Positions 1 to 13,420 of a stretch of DNA of 64,000 nt are shown piece after piece; the first letter of the stretch is position 1, and each line of letters opens with the position of its first letter. Below the pieces are notes generated by a model. The model was given only the letters and a program-made list of their open reading frames with translations. It was not told where the DNA came from and searched no databases. A program made the position numbers and the translations under genes. Origin of the DNA: the human T2T-CHM13v2.0 reference genome, Homo sapiens. The stretch is from the NCBI RefSeq assembly GCF_009914755.1, contig NC_060946.1; one strand, given 5' to 3'.

Positions 1-1094
1 AAGCCTGGCTTTCTGCTGTTGCTATTGGACTTGTACCATATTGCAATGTGAGCATGGAGATTATTGTATAAATTATTCTCACTCACATAATCATCGTGAT
101 TTTAATTACTGTGTAATCTTTGCTAATTACTGTTGTATGTATCATTTGCTTTGGTGCCGATTTAACACAACTGCTTTTCGTTTGGCTAAAAGATGGCATT
201 ACAACTTTTCCTTTTTGCAGGAGAAAATTTGCTTTCTGTAAACATTTGCAGCCCCAAACTCTTGGCTTGCAGTTCTTGGTTTAAAAGGAAAGATCCAGAC
301 CCTACCACCAGCCCTGTTTGTTTTTATTTGGGATAAGGCTGGCTTGAATAAGTAAAAAGGTCTAAATTACACAGTATTGTCTTTAAAAAAACAGTTGCGT
401 TACTTTCAAAGAAGGGCAATTACTCTACTACAGACAGGAAGCCAAAGATGGGTCATGTGAGGGCTGCTTAAATGATGAGATAAGACTCGTTTGTAATTAG
501 TTCATTAATTATGGATATGTGAATAAATGGTACTTAGCTTTAAAAAACAGCTCGTTCCCAAAGTGGGGTAAGCATCTGATGCTAATCTTATTTCAATAGT
601 ACATTTATTTACTGGTCTCGGCATTCTTAGAAATGGAGCTCAGGATAATTTTAATCCATCCTGGAAATACTTAATGAAAGGGCCTCTCATGAATATGGTT
701 TTATGTCTTCCTAGGACATAAGGAGTCTTTTTAGTTTTATCAGTATTAGGAAGATTAGTGGAAAAGATTTTGAAACTGAATGCACAGAAATATTAAATGC
801 AAACACATTAACCATGGACCAAAGGCCTGAGCAAGTGAAAACAGGTGAAGTCTGAATGTAGACACAGGATTTATCCTTAGGACCCAAATCCCTCTCAGAC
901 AGGTATTTATAGGAAGGAAGGCTGTTTCCTGTCTAGAACTCGAGGTCTTGGATGGTAGGTCTATGGACCTTTTAGAAAATTTGAGGTTCACCTAAGCTGC
1001 AAGTTTGTAGAAAACTATTTGGATACATCGTTGATGGTTCAGAACATTCTTTTAAAATCTGTGGTTCTCTGATTAAGCTAAGGTTTTGTTACGC

Positions 1095-2680
1095 AAATTT
1101 ACCATTGAAATATATATACAGGAAAGTGGATCTTGAGGAAATTTTCAAAAAATTGATCATACCTAATTAATTTGTAATTACTAACAAAATCAAGACTGGA
1201 CCATTACAGTGCCCCTACAACTTCCTTGTGCCCATTCAAGCCACCACCTCCTCCTTCCTCAAAGAAACCCACCATCCTGACTTCTAACACTGTATATTAG
1301 ATATGCCCCTTTTTGAACTGTGTAAATGGAAGCATCCAGTATGTCCTCTTTTGTGTCTGGCCTCTTTCTTTCGATATTTTTTCAAGATGCATCTACACTG
1401 TTGCATGTAGCAGTAATTCATTTATTTTCATTGCTCTATAGTCTATGTCAGTGGTTCTCAACTGGAGGCACTTCTGCACCACTACCCATCTCAACAGGGG
1501 ACAGCTGGCAATGTCTGGAGACATTTTTGGCTGTCATGCTACTGGCATCCAATGGGTAGAGTTCAGCGATGCTGCCAAATGTCTTACAATGCACAGGACA
1601 GGCCACATAGAATTATCGGGTCCAAAATGGCAATTATACCACCACTGAGAAACCACAGTCAATAATATGCCATTGTGTGAACATAGAGTAATAATTAATT
1701 TATTCTATTATTAATAGACAATTAGGTTGTTTATGGTTTCCCATGATTATGAATAGTATTACTGTGAACAATCTTGTACACATCTTTTGTTGCATGAATA
1801 TACAGATTTCTGTCGGGCGTATACTCAGCAGTAGAATTGCTAGGTGTGTTTTCAGCTTTGGTAAATACTGTCAAAACAGTCATTCCAATTTATGTAACCA
1901 TAAGCAGTGAATGAATGTTCTGGTTGCTCTAAATCCTTGCCAACGCCTGGTTTTGTTATTTAAAAAATTAGCTATTCTAATAGGTGTTAGTAGTTTCAAA
2001 TTTTCATCTTCACTCACATTTCCCTGGTAAATAAACCTTTTTATATGCTTATATCTTCATTCGAATATCCTCTTTAATGAAGTGTCTGAGAAAGTCTTTT
2101 GTCCATTATTTTTATTCTTCTTTGGTTATCCATCTCTTTTGTATTGATCTGTAGTTCTTTATGTATTCTAAATGCATGCCCTTTATAAGGTATGTGGGTT
2201 TTCTTCCACTCAGTCACTTACCTTTTTCACTCTCTTAATGGTTTATTTTTATAAGAAAAGTTCTTAATTTTAATGTAACCCAGTTTATAATGTTTTCCTT
2301 TATGGTTGGTGCTCTTTATATACTGTTGAAAAATTATTTGCCTACTTTGAAATCATGCAGTATTTTCTTATTTTTTGTAGACATTGTATTGATTTACCTT
2401 TTATATCTAGATACACAATGCATCATGAATTGATACTTATTTGTGATGTGAGGTAGGGCTCATTGTGGTGTGAGGTAGGGCTCACTCTTTTCCATATAGA
2501 TATTGAGTTGGTCTAGCACATATATTTTAGAGAAATGATACTGTCCACATTACACAACAGTATAAATTTGTCATAAATCAAGTGATCTTATGTATATACG
2601 TCTGTCTATTCTATTTCACTTTTCTATGTGTCCATCCTTGAACCAATATAGCATTGGAAGTATAAGTTCTCCATATTAAT
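1095..2680 (-). mobile_element. Old L1 (L1M/L1ME-like) 3' fragment, interrupted by MER20
   Basis: Degenerate antisense L1 3'-end motifs (tgttgcatgtagcagta, gttgtttatggtttccc, gctattctaataggtg, aagttcttaattttaatgta). Confidence 0.7.
1449..1658. mobile_element. MER20 (hAT-Charlie) DNA transposon
   Basis: Termini cagtggttctcaac ... tgagaaaccacag; internal ggcaatgtctggagacatttttggctgtca. Confidence 0.85.
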
Positions 2681-2928
2681 TATTCTTTCAGGTCAGCAAA
2701 TGACTCTCAGGGAAAGTGCCACATCATACTGTATTCACCTTCAGTGTATTTCCCTCTTTGCAGGATTTGGCCTTTTGAGTCCTGGCTGCTTTGATGGCTT
2801 CCCACTGTCCTTAAATTTGAATTCTACTTTTCTGGCTTTCCAAGTAGCTCTGGTGCAAGCTATTACATCTGGAAGCTGAGTGCTGAGCTAGGCTTTTATT
2901 CTCTTACATAAATAAACATTTTTTTTTC

Positions 2929-4072
2929 CAATGTACACTTCCACCAACAGTGTATAAGCATTCGTTTTTCTCTGCAACCTCACCAGCACCTGTCTTTTTT
3001 TGACTTTTAAATAATAGCCATTCTAACTGGTGTGAGTTGGTATCTCATTGTGGTTTTGCTTTGCATTTCTAATGATCAGTGATGTTGAGCTTCTTTACAT
3101 ATGCTTGTTGGTCACATGTATGCCTTCTTTTTAAAAGTGTCTGTGCATGTCCTTTGCTCACTTTTTAATGGGTTTTTTTTTTCTTGTACATTTGTTTAAG
3201 TTCCTTATGGATGCTGGATATTAGACCTTTGTCACATGCATAGTTTGCAAATATTTTCTCCCATTCTGTAGGTTGTCTCTTCACCCTGTTGATAAGTCTC
3301 TTTTGCTGTACAGCAGCTCTTTAGTTTAATTTGATCCCATTTGTCAATTTTTGCTTTGGTTGCAATTGCTTTTGGCATCTTCATCATGAAATCTTTGCCC
3401 ATTCCTGTGTCCAGAATGGTATTGCCTAGGTTGTCTTCCAGAGTTTTTATAGTTTTGGCTTTTACATTTAAGTATTTAATCCATCTTGACTATTGTAGAA
3501 AACAGCATGGTGATTCCTTAGAGACCAAAAGCAGAAAAACCATTTGACCCAGCAATCCCATTACTGGGTATATACCCAAAGGAATATAAATTGTTTTACC
3601 GTAAAGACACATGCATATATATGGTTCATCACAACACCATTCACAATAGCAAAGACATGGAATCAACTTAAATGCCCATCAATGGTAGACTGGATAAAGA
3701 AAATGTGGTACATATATGCTATGGAATACTATGCAGCCATAAAAAAGAATGAGATCATGTCCTTTGCAGGGACATGAATGGAGCTGGAGGCCATTATCCG
3801 TAGCAAACTAATACAGGAACAGAAAACCAAATACCACATCATCTCACTTATAAGTGGGAGCTAAATTATGAAAGCACATGGACACATAGAGGGGAACAAC
3901 ACACACTGGGGCCTATCAGAAGGTGGAGGGTGGGAGGAGGGAGAGGATCAGAAAAAATAACTAGTGAGTACTAGACATAATTCCTGGGTGATGAAATAAA
4001 CTGTACAACAAACCCCTGTGACATGAGTTTACCTATATAACAAACCTGCACATGTACCCCTGAACTTAAAAG
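2929..4072 (+). mobile_element. 5'-truncated L1PA (older primate subfamily) with a 5' inversion: antisense 2929-3489, sense 3490-4072
   Basis: The sense part encodes ORF2 C-terminal-like WNQLKCPSMVDWIKKMWYIYAMEYYAAIKKNE plus the L1 3' UTR. The antisense part is the immediately upstream L1 sequence. Confidence 0.9.
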
Positions 4073-5295
4073 TTTTTTTTCTTACTTTCTACACCTAGGG
4101 AAACACGAACTTTCACTTATATTTTCTTCCAGTCCTAACTTAGTGCATCTACCACCCCCTCTAGAATGTAAGTTACTTGAAGACAATCACTATTCATCTC
4201 TATATTGACAGCATCTGTCTTCATGACACTCAATAAATGATTCAGGATGGACGCAAGGAAATATTAATGGATGCATAATTTCCATTCAGTTAAAGCTGCA
4301 TCTTCATGGGGAACTGGGTGCTTTTATGAATGAGTCTGAGATTTTCTGTCACTATTGCCATTTCACCATACTCTGGTGAGACAATGTCTCTGCATGGAAA
4401 GTGAAGGGATGCATTAAATTCACTTAAATATGTTGAATCCAAATTGAATCTACAAGCCAAGTAGATTTTAATTACTCTACAAATCTAGAATTGTGTTCTT
4501 CAAAACATTGTGAAAATTGTAGCAGAAGGTAAAAGACTCGAGTTGTAGAGCCAGTACTTGCACCATCTCATCAGAGTGTGACTTGGGAAGTTCTATTCCC
4601 TTCTCTGTTTTCCTAGGTGTAGAATGAGGGGTTCAAACCAGATGAGGCCCACACCTCCCTCTCAATTTGATATCCTAGAAATTGATCACATCCTGTAGAA
4701 ATGAAACAAGGCTCTTGGCTTGGTGTTAGAAATATGGAGAACTCACTTTAGATTGTGTACTGGAAGTGGGTTTTGAATCTTGTTTTTCAGCCAGGAGAAG
4801 TGGATGTGACTGACCAGTGAGTGGGGATACTGGGTTCTGAATTATTCAGCCCAGGTGAGGCAGCCCTTTGCACATTCTTTCTGCAGTTCCACAATCCCCC
4901 ATCTTTCTGTTCCTCCATTCCTTCATTCTTTCCATTCTACAAGCTTTCTTTGAGGCAGTCCTGATGCTGGGGATTCATAGAAGAAAGACATGGTCTACTC
5001 CAGAAACTCCAGTATCTCCCAGTCTTGCTGGGAGATACAAATAAGTAAATAGACAACCACAGTACAGAGGGGGACACAGGAGGCTGTGGGAGCCAGGAGA
5101 GGCCCCAGCCCAGGCCAGAGGGCGGAAAGGCTTCCTGGGGGAAGCTACAGTTGGGCTGAACATTAAAGGGTGAGTGAAAATGTTTGTTTGTGTGTTTTTT
5201 CTTTAAATATAGAATAATGGTTTATGAGAATCACCTGCAGAGTGTCAGTTCCTTCCTCTCTGACTCCCTCCTAACTCTTTTTTATTAGGCTAATT

Positions 5296-5680
5296 TCCTT
5301 CCTTCCTTCCTTCCTTCCTTCCTTCCTTCCTCTCTGTGCCTCTCCCTCCCTCCCTCACTCACTCACTCCCTTCCTTCCTTCTTTCCTCCCTTCCACTCCC
5401 TCCCTCCCTCCTTCTTTCCTTCCCTTGCTCCTTCCTTCCTTCCTTTTTCTTTCTTCCTTCTTTTTTTAAATTTGTTAACAAAAGAGGACACTATCAACTC
5501 GTAGCTTCTACTTTGATAGTTGTTAGAATTTTCCACATTGACTTTATTTCTGTCTTTAGCTCCTCCTCTACATCTATGTTTAAACACATTTTCCTTCTTC
5601 CTTCCTTCCTTCCTTCCTCCCTTCCTTCCTCCCTCCCCTCCTCCTTCCTCCTCTCCCTTCTCTTTTCCTTTCCTTCCCCT
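5296..5680. repeat. Two (CCTT)n/CT-rich polypyrimidine tracts
   Basis: Visible ttcc repeats at 5296-5460 and 5590-5680. Confidence 0.95.
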
Positions 5681-6899
5681 TATGAAAACAAGTTGACAAC
5701 ATCACAACAGCTCTCCTTAAATAGTTTCGCATCTTTCTTCTAAGAAGGACATTTTCTAACGTATCAGTATCGCACTTAGGAAAATTAACAAATCCATAAC
5801 ATTATCTAAGATCTCAACTTTTATGTTACCCAATTATCCTAAAACTGTCCTGTATCACTGTATTTTTATATTATCCCCTTATGTATTTATTTTTCAAATT
5901 TAATTTTTAAAAGCAGTGGGTACATGTGCAGGTGTGCTACAAAGATATATTGCATGATGCTAAGATTCAAAGAATGATTCTATTAAAGAATGATACTCAT
6001 TATATTTGATTATGCTTCTTTAGTCTCTTTTAAGAAAAATAATAGACTTTTTAGTTTTAAGCTGTTTTAGGTTTTCACAAAAAGAGCAGAAAGCATAGAG
6101 AGCTCCCATATATCCTTTTTCCCTGTTCTGTTTTTCTTATTATTAACATCTTGCATTACTCCTCCATCTCTTTTAAATGAGAACGATCCCCTTATCACCA
6201 CCCAGCTCCAATTTTACTGTTTTGTTTTTTTTTTTTTTTTTTTTTTTGCGGGGGCAGGGGGTGTAGAGTTCCAGGGGTGACTTGAATGGGCAACTCTATG
6301 CAAAAATCACTGACCTTAGTCCCTGGTAGCCAGTAAGAATGTGTAGGTGAAGTCAAGGCAAATTCTGCTGAGTCACATAAGGCATGCAGGCAGGTGTCCA
6401 CTCAGGGCAGCTCGATGGATTGGTTTGTAAAATTGTCAAAGACTCGGCCCCGACCTTAAGCATCAGAGAGAACAGCAAGCAAGCCTTGAGAGCGACCTTG
6501 TCTCATAAAAACTGCCATATTGTAAGGAATGTAGGATATTCACTGTGTCTGTTTCCTGACTCTATTCCCCATGTCAGGAGTGGCCAGGCATGGGGACAGC
6601 ATGGGGACAGATTGCTGCTAATGTCACCTCCTCCTCACTTCCCTGCTCCCTTGGCTATCCTTCCCCCAAACCCCAGCACCCTCCTTGCTTTGAACTTCCC
6701 TCTCAGCTAGGGGTGGGGGAGCTTCCTAAGCCTCAGTTTTCTTGCCTGTGCAATTTAGGTATCAGCCCTTGCTGGTCAAGGGTTTTGCAGATTGAATAAG
6801 CTAAGAATCAATAGGAGGAATCTTCTGCTTTTGCTTGGAGTGTCTTTCTTGAGCCATCGCCGCCATTGAAATCCTACCCTTCTTCCAAAGCCTGACTCA

Positions 6900-7302
<403 letters not shown>

Positions 7303-9062
7303 TCACAGTTTCTCTGGAATTTCTTGCATTGCTGACCCTTCTCCATGGTTTTTTTCCAGACTCAACACCTACACTGCTCTCCCCAGGAGGGGAGGGCAGC
7401 CCATCTTCTGCTGCTATGTGCTGAAAACATTATAGGTAGACAGACCAGCATGGGAGTCTCAGCTCTGCTCCTTCTCAGCAAGCCCATTTGCCTGTCTTAG
7501 CCTCAGCTTCCTCATTTATAAAATGGGACGATAAAGGGCAGTAGAGCAGAGCAGTTGGGAGCCATGGGCCTGGGGTAGGACTCCTTGGTTTAAATCCATG
7601 TTCTCCCACTTATTACATGACAAATTACTGATTCTTTCTGAGCCTCAGTTCTGACTTGGGAAGATTGCAATATCTGCTTTAGAGGACTGTTGTGAGCGTA
7701 AACTTGAGTAAAGTCTGCAAAGCCTAAAGGCATAATACATGATAACTCTAATGATGTGCTATTTACCTGCACACCACAGTGGCTTAGTAAGTGCCTCCCA
7801 TTCCCTGCATAATGCATAGTCCTGGGTGCCATGTCAACTTTTGTTACAGACTCTCTGTTGTTATTTTGGACTCAGTTACCAAATATTCAGGTCATCTTCA
7901 AAGAGCATCTGGTTTCCCATCTCAGGCCTCACCAGTATTAAAGAACATCAATATGTTTTTAATTTCCTCTTTAATTTCAGGGAGTGGATGAAGAACGGGG
8001 GGTGACAGCACGCTTTGGGGGATGATTCACGGTGTCATTAAATCTGCATTGAGTTTCCTGTAGCTACAATTGGCCCAGGCTATGACCACACTCAGTCCTG
8101 GGAATTATGTTTTGTTTGTTTTGCTGTGTGATTAAGTCTAATAACAGTAAATCCAGCATCTCCTTGACTTGGACTTTCTTGGTTCATTACATCGCAGTGG
8201 ATCTTGAAAAATATGTATGTGTAGATGTAAGTTCAACTGGTTGAGTTTCCCGTCAGCCTTCTGCCCAGTAGGTGTGTGATGTAGTGGAAGAAGAAGAATG
8301 GGATTCAGATCTGGCCCACCAGGGTTCAAATGCAGGCCCTGCCACTTAGCAGTATGGCCTTGAGCAAATGTTTTCTCACCACTGAGCCTCAGTTTCCTCA
8401 TTTGCAAGATGGGATGATGCCTCTGATTTTGATGCGGTGATGCTTCTTAGCTTGATGAGATGCTGCATACGATACATGCAGATATAGGTGCCTCCTTCTT
8501 TGTTCTTCACCGATTTTCATGGAGCATCTGCTTCTGTGGCTGACACTAGAGATAAAATGATGGGGCCCCATTCATAAGATAATCTGAAAGGGGAAGGGGT
8601 ATGGTCCAAGCAGGAGACACTGTCTCAGACACTAGCTCGTTCTGAGGCTGAACCAACCACTTCAGTCTCCACTTCCCTTCTCTGTGCTGTTCACAGTAGG
8701 CTCATACATAGGAATTGTTTACTCTTGAACATCTGTCCTCAATCTGGGGACTTCTCTAGCACTGATGAAAGAGGTCATTAAAAGCAATCAGACAAGGGTT
8801 AAGATTTTAAAATTTATGTTATACTGTTATGTCAAAGGATTAACTTTGAGATAAATAAGTCATGTATGGAAGTTTAACTGTAGTGTCTTTTGCCTCATTG
8901 GTAGTACTGGGGGTAATGGAGGTAGAAGTGGCTTCCACTCTTAAATACTGAATATGCATATGGCATGCATCATCTCTCATTTCTAACAAGACCCTGGGAC
9001 CTAGGGCAGTGTCATTCTCACTCTTACACCTGTGCAAGTTCAGGCTTCAAAAGATAACTGGG

Positions 9063-9368
9063 GGCCCGGGCACCGTGACTCACGCCTGTAATCCCAACAG
9101 TTTGGGAGGCCAAGGTGGGTGGATCACTTGAGGTCAGGAGTTGGAGACCATCCTGACCAACATGGTGAAACCCTATCTCTACTAAAAATACAAAAATTAG
9201 CCTGGCATGGTGGTGTGCACCTGTAATCCCAGCTACTCGGGAGGCGGAGGCAAGAGAATCACTCGAACCCTGGAGGCAGAGTTTGCAGTGAGCCATGATC
9301 GTGCCACTGCTCTCCAGCCTGGGTGATAGAGCAAGACTCCGTCTCAAAAAATAAAGAAAAGAAAAAAT
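9063..9368 (+). mobile_element. AluS
   Basis: Full dimeric Alu; degenerate TSD aaaagataactgg/aaaaatacctgg. Confidence 0.95.
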
Positions 9369-9564
9369 ACCTGGCTTGGAATAGACAGAGCTGGGATTTG
9401 AACTCAGGTCTCTCTGCATCTGAAGCTCTTTTTTTGCTTTTAGCCTTGCAGGTTAGAAAGAGTGGCAATTTCAGTATTCCTGAGTTTTCATGTCCTAGTT
9501 TACCTAATAAACTTCTATAACTTGAAGCAACCCATACTTACAGCATTTTCATATAAATACCCTT

Positions 9565-9865
9565 ATTCATCAGTTCATTTAATCAGTCCAGTATTTATTG
9601 GAACCTAGTATGTGACAAGCACTGGAGCATGATTCATAACTTGAACATACATTTTATTGAGCACCTACTATGTGCCTGAGGACTGGCAATTCACTCATGT
9701 ATCCAACACATGTTTATGGAGCACCTACAATGTGTTAGGGCCCTGGTGCTTCCCTCACTCACTCAACACAAATTCATTGAGCACCTACTGTGTCCTAAGA
9801 CATTATTCTATAGACACTGGTAGCAGTGAATACAATAGATAAAAATCCTGCCCTCATGGAGTTCT
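9565..9865 (-). mobile_element. L2 3' end with four tandem ~60-bp terminal units
   Basis: Repeated (a)tttattgagcacctactatgtg motif at ~9593, 9653, 9713 and 9773, then aaaaatcctgccctcatggag. Confidence 0.8.
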
Positions 9866-11724
9866 TATCTCCACAGCATTGCAAGGCCAATCTAGTTTCC
9901 CTCATTTTTCAGCTAAGGAAGCTGAGGGTTAGAGAAGTTAGGCAATGGTCCCCAGGTCACATGGCTAGTGAGTGGTGAAACCAGACTTGGTTGCCAGCTG
10001 TGTGTGCTTGCAGAGGTTACTCAGCCTCTCTGTGCCTGGAGGTCATAATCCCTATCTCTCAGGGTGGCTATGAGGGTAGGAGCCATCCGTTTGCTCTCTC
10101 CTATATTCCTGGTATCCAGCACAGCACCTGGCGCACAGTAGGTATCTAGTCAGGGGTAGCTGTTGTGACCAATGACTATTTCATCCACTAAGTTATAGAA
10201 CCAGCCCCGGCATCTTTGTGGCTGGATGCTTATCCTCTGGCTCTTTTCCATAGCAGGTATACCAGAAGGATATTCCTTTTTGGACAGACTACAGGGTGGG
10301 CAGAAGAAGTCTCCAAGGCTTTTCTGGAGCCTCTCCTTGAAGAGTAACAGTGCCCCTGCCTATCCTGCCTCATAGTGACTCTGAGAGCCTTCTATACGTC
10401 ATCCCTCTCCCTGGCCCAGGCTCTGGGAAGCAGGCACGGTAACATGTTGATTATCTGACATCCCTCCATCATGATGATGGAGAGTTCCATCTGAGCCACA
10501 CCGACCTGGTCCTGTGAGGACAGCTAGAAAAAAAAAAAAAAAGACTCTTACTGGTCCCCGGATGAAGTCAGACAGGATGTGTTTGAAGTGTCCAGTGCTG
10601 GGACAGGAATGGGGATGATCATCCAGCCTCACTCAGCAGAACTTGGGATCCTTATCCCAAAGCCTACAAAACGGCATCTGAATTCAGATTAAATTCTTCA
10701 GTCTCTATACAGAAAGAAGTGGATGCAAGGAACTTTATACCTTGAGAGGTGGTGCAGACAGGAAGTAGAAAAAGCACTTGCAGAGATGTAGGTGGATTTC
10801 TGCATGGGAAAGCCAGGAAGAAGCACTTGGCCGTGCTTCTTGCCCTCTCTTCCTTGTCTCTCCTCACTCGACCCCTACTGCTCCTCTCCAGCCCCCTAGG
10901 AGTCTACACTACGTGGCTTGTATTCCTGTTTTAAGCTCACCAGCTGAGGTTTCAAAGGCACCAGACCATTTCAGAAAGGTAGGACTCAGCTCACTCCAAT
11001 CTCAAGACATTAGACCCCATGACAGCCAGGCTAGGCCTGAGTGGCTGTGCTGGGACATCTTGGCTTCCATGCCTTGTAGAAGGCATTGCTCCTCAAGGGC
11101 CCCAGGGAAGGCGAGTGGATCTTGCCCTGTGCCAGCATAGCTGGGAACCTTCCTGGCTTGGGCCCAGCAAACCTATGGCCTCTGTACCTGATTGCCAGCA
11201 CTCACAGACTGTGACCTCCAGATCCCCATTTCTGGGCAGCTGGCTACTTCGCCATGGACCCCAGCCTATCTCGCCTTTTTGTTAAAGCCAAGATGGCAGA
11301 TCCTTAGTTGCCGGCCTGAAAGGCCTCTGTTTCCCCTCTCTCCTTCTTGCGTTTGCCTAAGTCTCCTTCCTTCTTCTCCATCACCACCGCCCTTCTGGGT
11401 CTCCTTCCTCTTTCTCTCCATCTCATTTCAACTTCTTTCCTGTTTAAACTGCCTCCTCTTCTTTCATGCTCTAGCCTTCCTTCTCTTCTTCCCACATTTC
11501 TTTGTCCTCCCTCCACTTTTCTTATCCTGACTACCTCTTCTTTCTCATCTACCTTGATTGAATTCGACAGCATTTGCTGAGCATCTACTACATACTGGGC
11601 TCAGTGCCAGTTCCGGAGGTGCAGAAATGAGAGTCAGCAAGACACTGTCTGTTCAGACTTGTGGTCTGTGATTCTCCTTCCTCCTACTTTTATGCCTTTT
11701 TTCCCCCCTATGTTTTTGGCTCAT

Positions 11725-11797
11725 CTTCCTCCTCCCTCCTCCTCCTCCTCCTCCTCTTCCTCCTCCCTCCTCCTCCCTCCTCCTCTTCCTCCTCCTG
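11725..11797. repeat. (CCT)n microsatellite, with a pyrimidine-rich tract at 11330-11550
   Basis: Visible cctcctcct repeats. Confidence 0.9.
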
Positions 11798-13070
11798 GGA
11801 CTTCTTCACCCTCCGTTTTCATGCCCTGCCCTGGTGTCCGCAGCCAGCAGTGGCAGTGGGAGCTAGGGTGAGCAGGATGGCAGAGTCCCGGGAGATTCAG
11901 TGACAGGAGCCCTCAATGTTGCCCTCCTCAGGTGGCAGGCGGTGGATGAGACAGAGCATCCAAGACACTCATTCATCACACCCGCCTCCTTTCAGGGCCA
12001 GGACAGGATGGAAATGACTTTTGTCAGTTCTGCGGCAGCCCACTGCCCCTGGCAGCTCCAAGCTGTTTATTAATAAAAAGTAAGGAAGAAAAAAAATACA
12101 GGCGTGTGAATGCCATCTTGCTGTGTATTCGAGGAGGGATTCCAAAGCAATGAAGTTGACAAATATACCTTCAGGGAATCACAAAAGAGCCCTCCATCTC
12201 CTCTTCCAGCCCATGTCCAGCTATGTTGGGAACAGACAAGAAATAGGAAAGGAGGGAGCTGCTCTGGGCAAACGTGTGGCTTTTGTTTTAGCACATAGGA
12301 ACCAACCTTTCTTCTTACGGTGAGACAGAAGGTCACTTGCCCATTCATTCTTCTATGCATCCCTCTTTGAACTTCAATTGAGGCTTTTATTGAGTCCAGT
12401 GTGGGGTTGGGTTCTGGAGATTCAGAAATTAAATAGTAGTAATATTGATTGCCTTTAATTATTAATGATTAATAACCATTTATTATTGGTTATAAATTAT
12501 TCATCATAACCACTAACCATTATTTGGGTAATTAGGTGCCAGAGACAGTATCAAGGGTGTTTCTTTCACTGTCCCAGCTGCCCCAGGAGGAAGGCACCAT
12601 GACTAGGGGTCGGGGAGTAGAAGGAGTACTCCGGGTAGAACCACTCCTGCAAGACCCAGAAGCAGGGAGGGCTTGGCCTATCCCAGGAGACCAGCGTCCT
12701 GGAGCAGCGTGAGCAAGAGGGCAGGAATAGCAAGCCTGATCACACAGGAGAAGGATTGAGGGTGATGGTCAGAGAGAGAAAGGAGGTAGCTGCTCCACAT
12801 TGCCACCTTGACACCCAGGTCTTACCGTCACCAGACCGCTGCTGTAACCCTCCTCCACCCATCTGACATAGGGAGTAAGGAGAGGCAGATGATCACAGCC
12901 AGCTCTATGTCTTGTCCTCATGAAGCCCTTTAGCCGGGCCCATCATTGCCATGGCGATCTCACACAGGCCCCCAGCCTGGGGAGCTCCTGCCAGACCTGG
13001 AGGAGATAGGTTTGTGGGATCACTGAAGCTCTGTCCTCAGGGGCGCTCAGGAAGGCAGGGTCTAGGTGCC

Positions 13071-13420
13071 TGTCTCAGTCTCTTCTGGCTGCTATAACAA
13101 GAACACCATAGACTGGGTGGCTTATAAACAACAGAAATGTATTTCTCATAGTTCTAGAGGCTGGGAAATCTAAGATCAAGGTGCTGGCAGTTACATTTGT
13201 TGTCTGATTCATAGATTGCCATCTCACTGTGTCATCACACAGTGGAAGGGGTGAGGGAGCCCTCTGGGGCCTCTTTTATAAGGGCACTAATCTCATTTAC
13301 AAGGGCTCCACCCTGGTGACCTAATCACCTCCCAAAAGCCCCACCTCCTAATATCATCATATTGAGGATTAGGTGTCAACATATTAATTTTCGGGGGAGA
13401 CAAACATTGAATCTATTTCA
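13071..13420 (-). mobile_element. MLT1A-like MaLR solo LTR
   Basis: tgtctcagtc..ggctgctataacaa..catagactgggtggcttataaacaacagaaat ... gggagacaaacattgaatctat. Confidence 0.85.

Noticed and set aside
3341-3777. L1 ORF2-like peptides as a functional gene
   Set aside because: Short, frameshifted remnant of a truncated, inverted L1.
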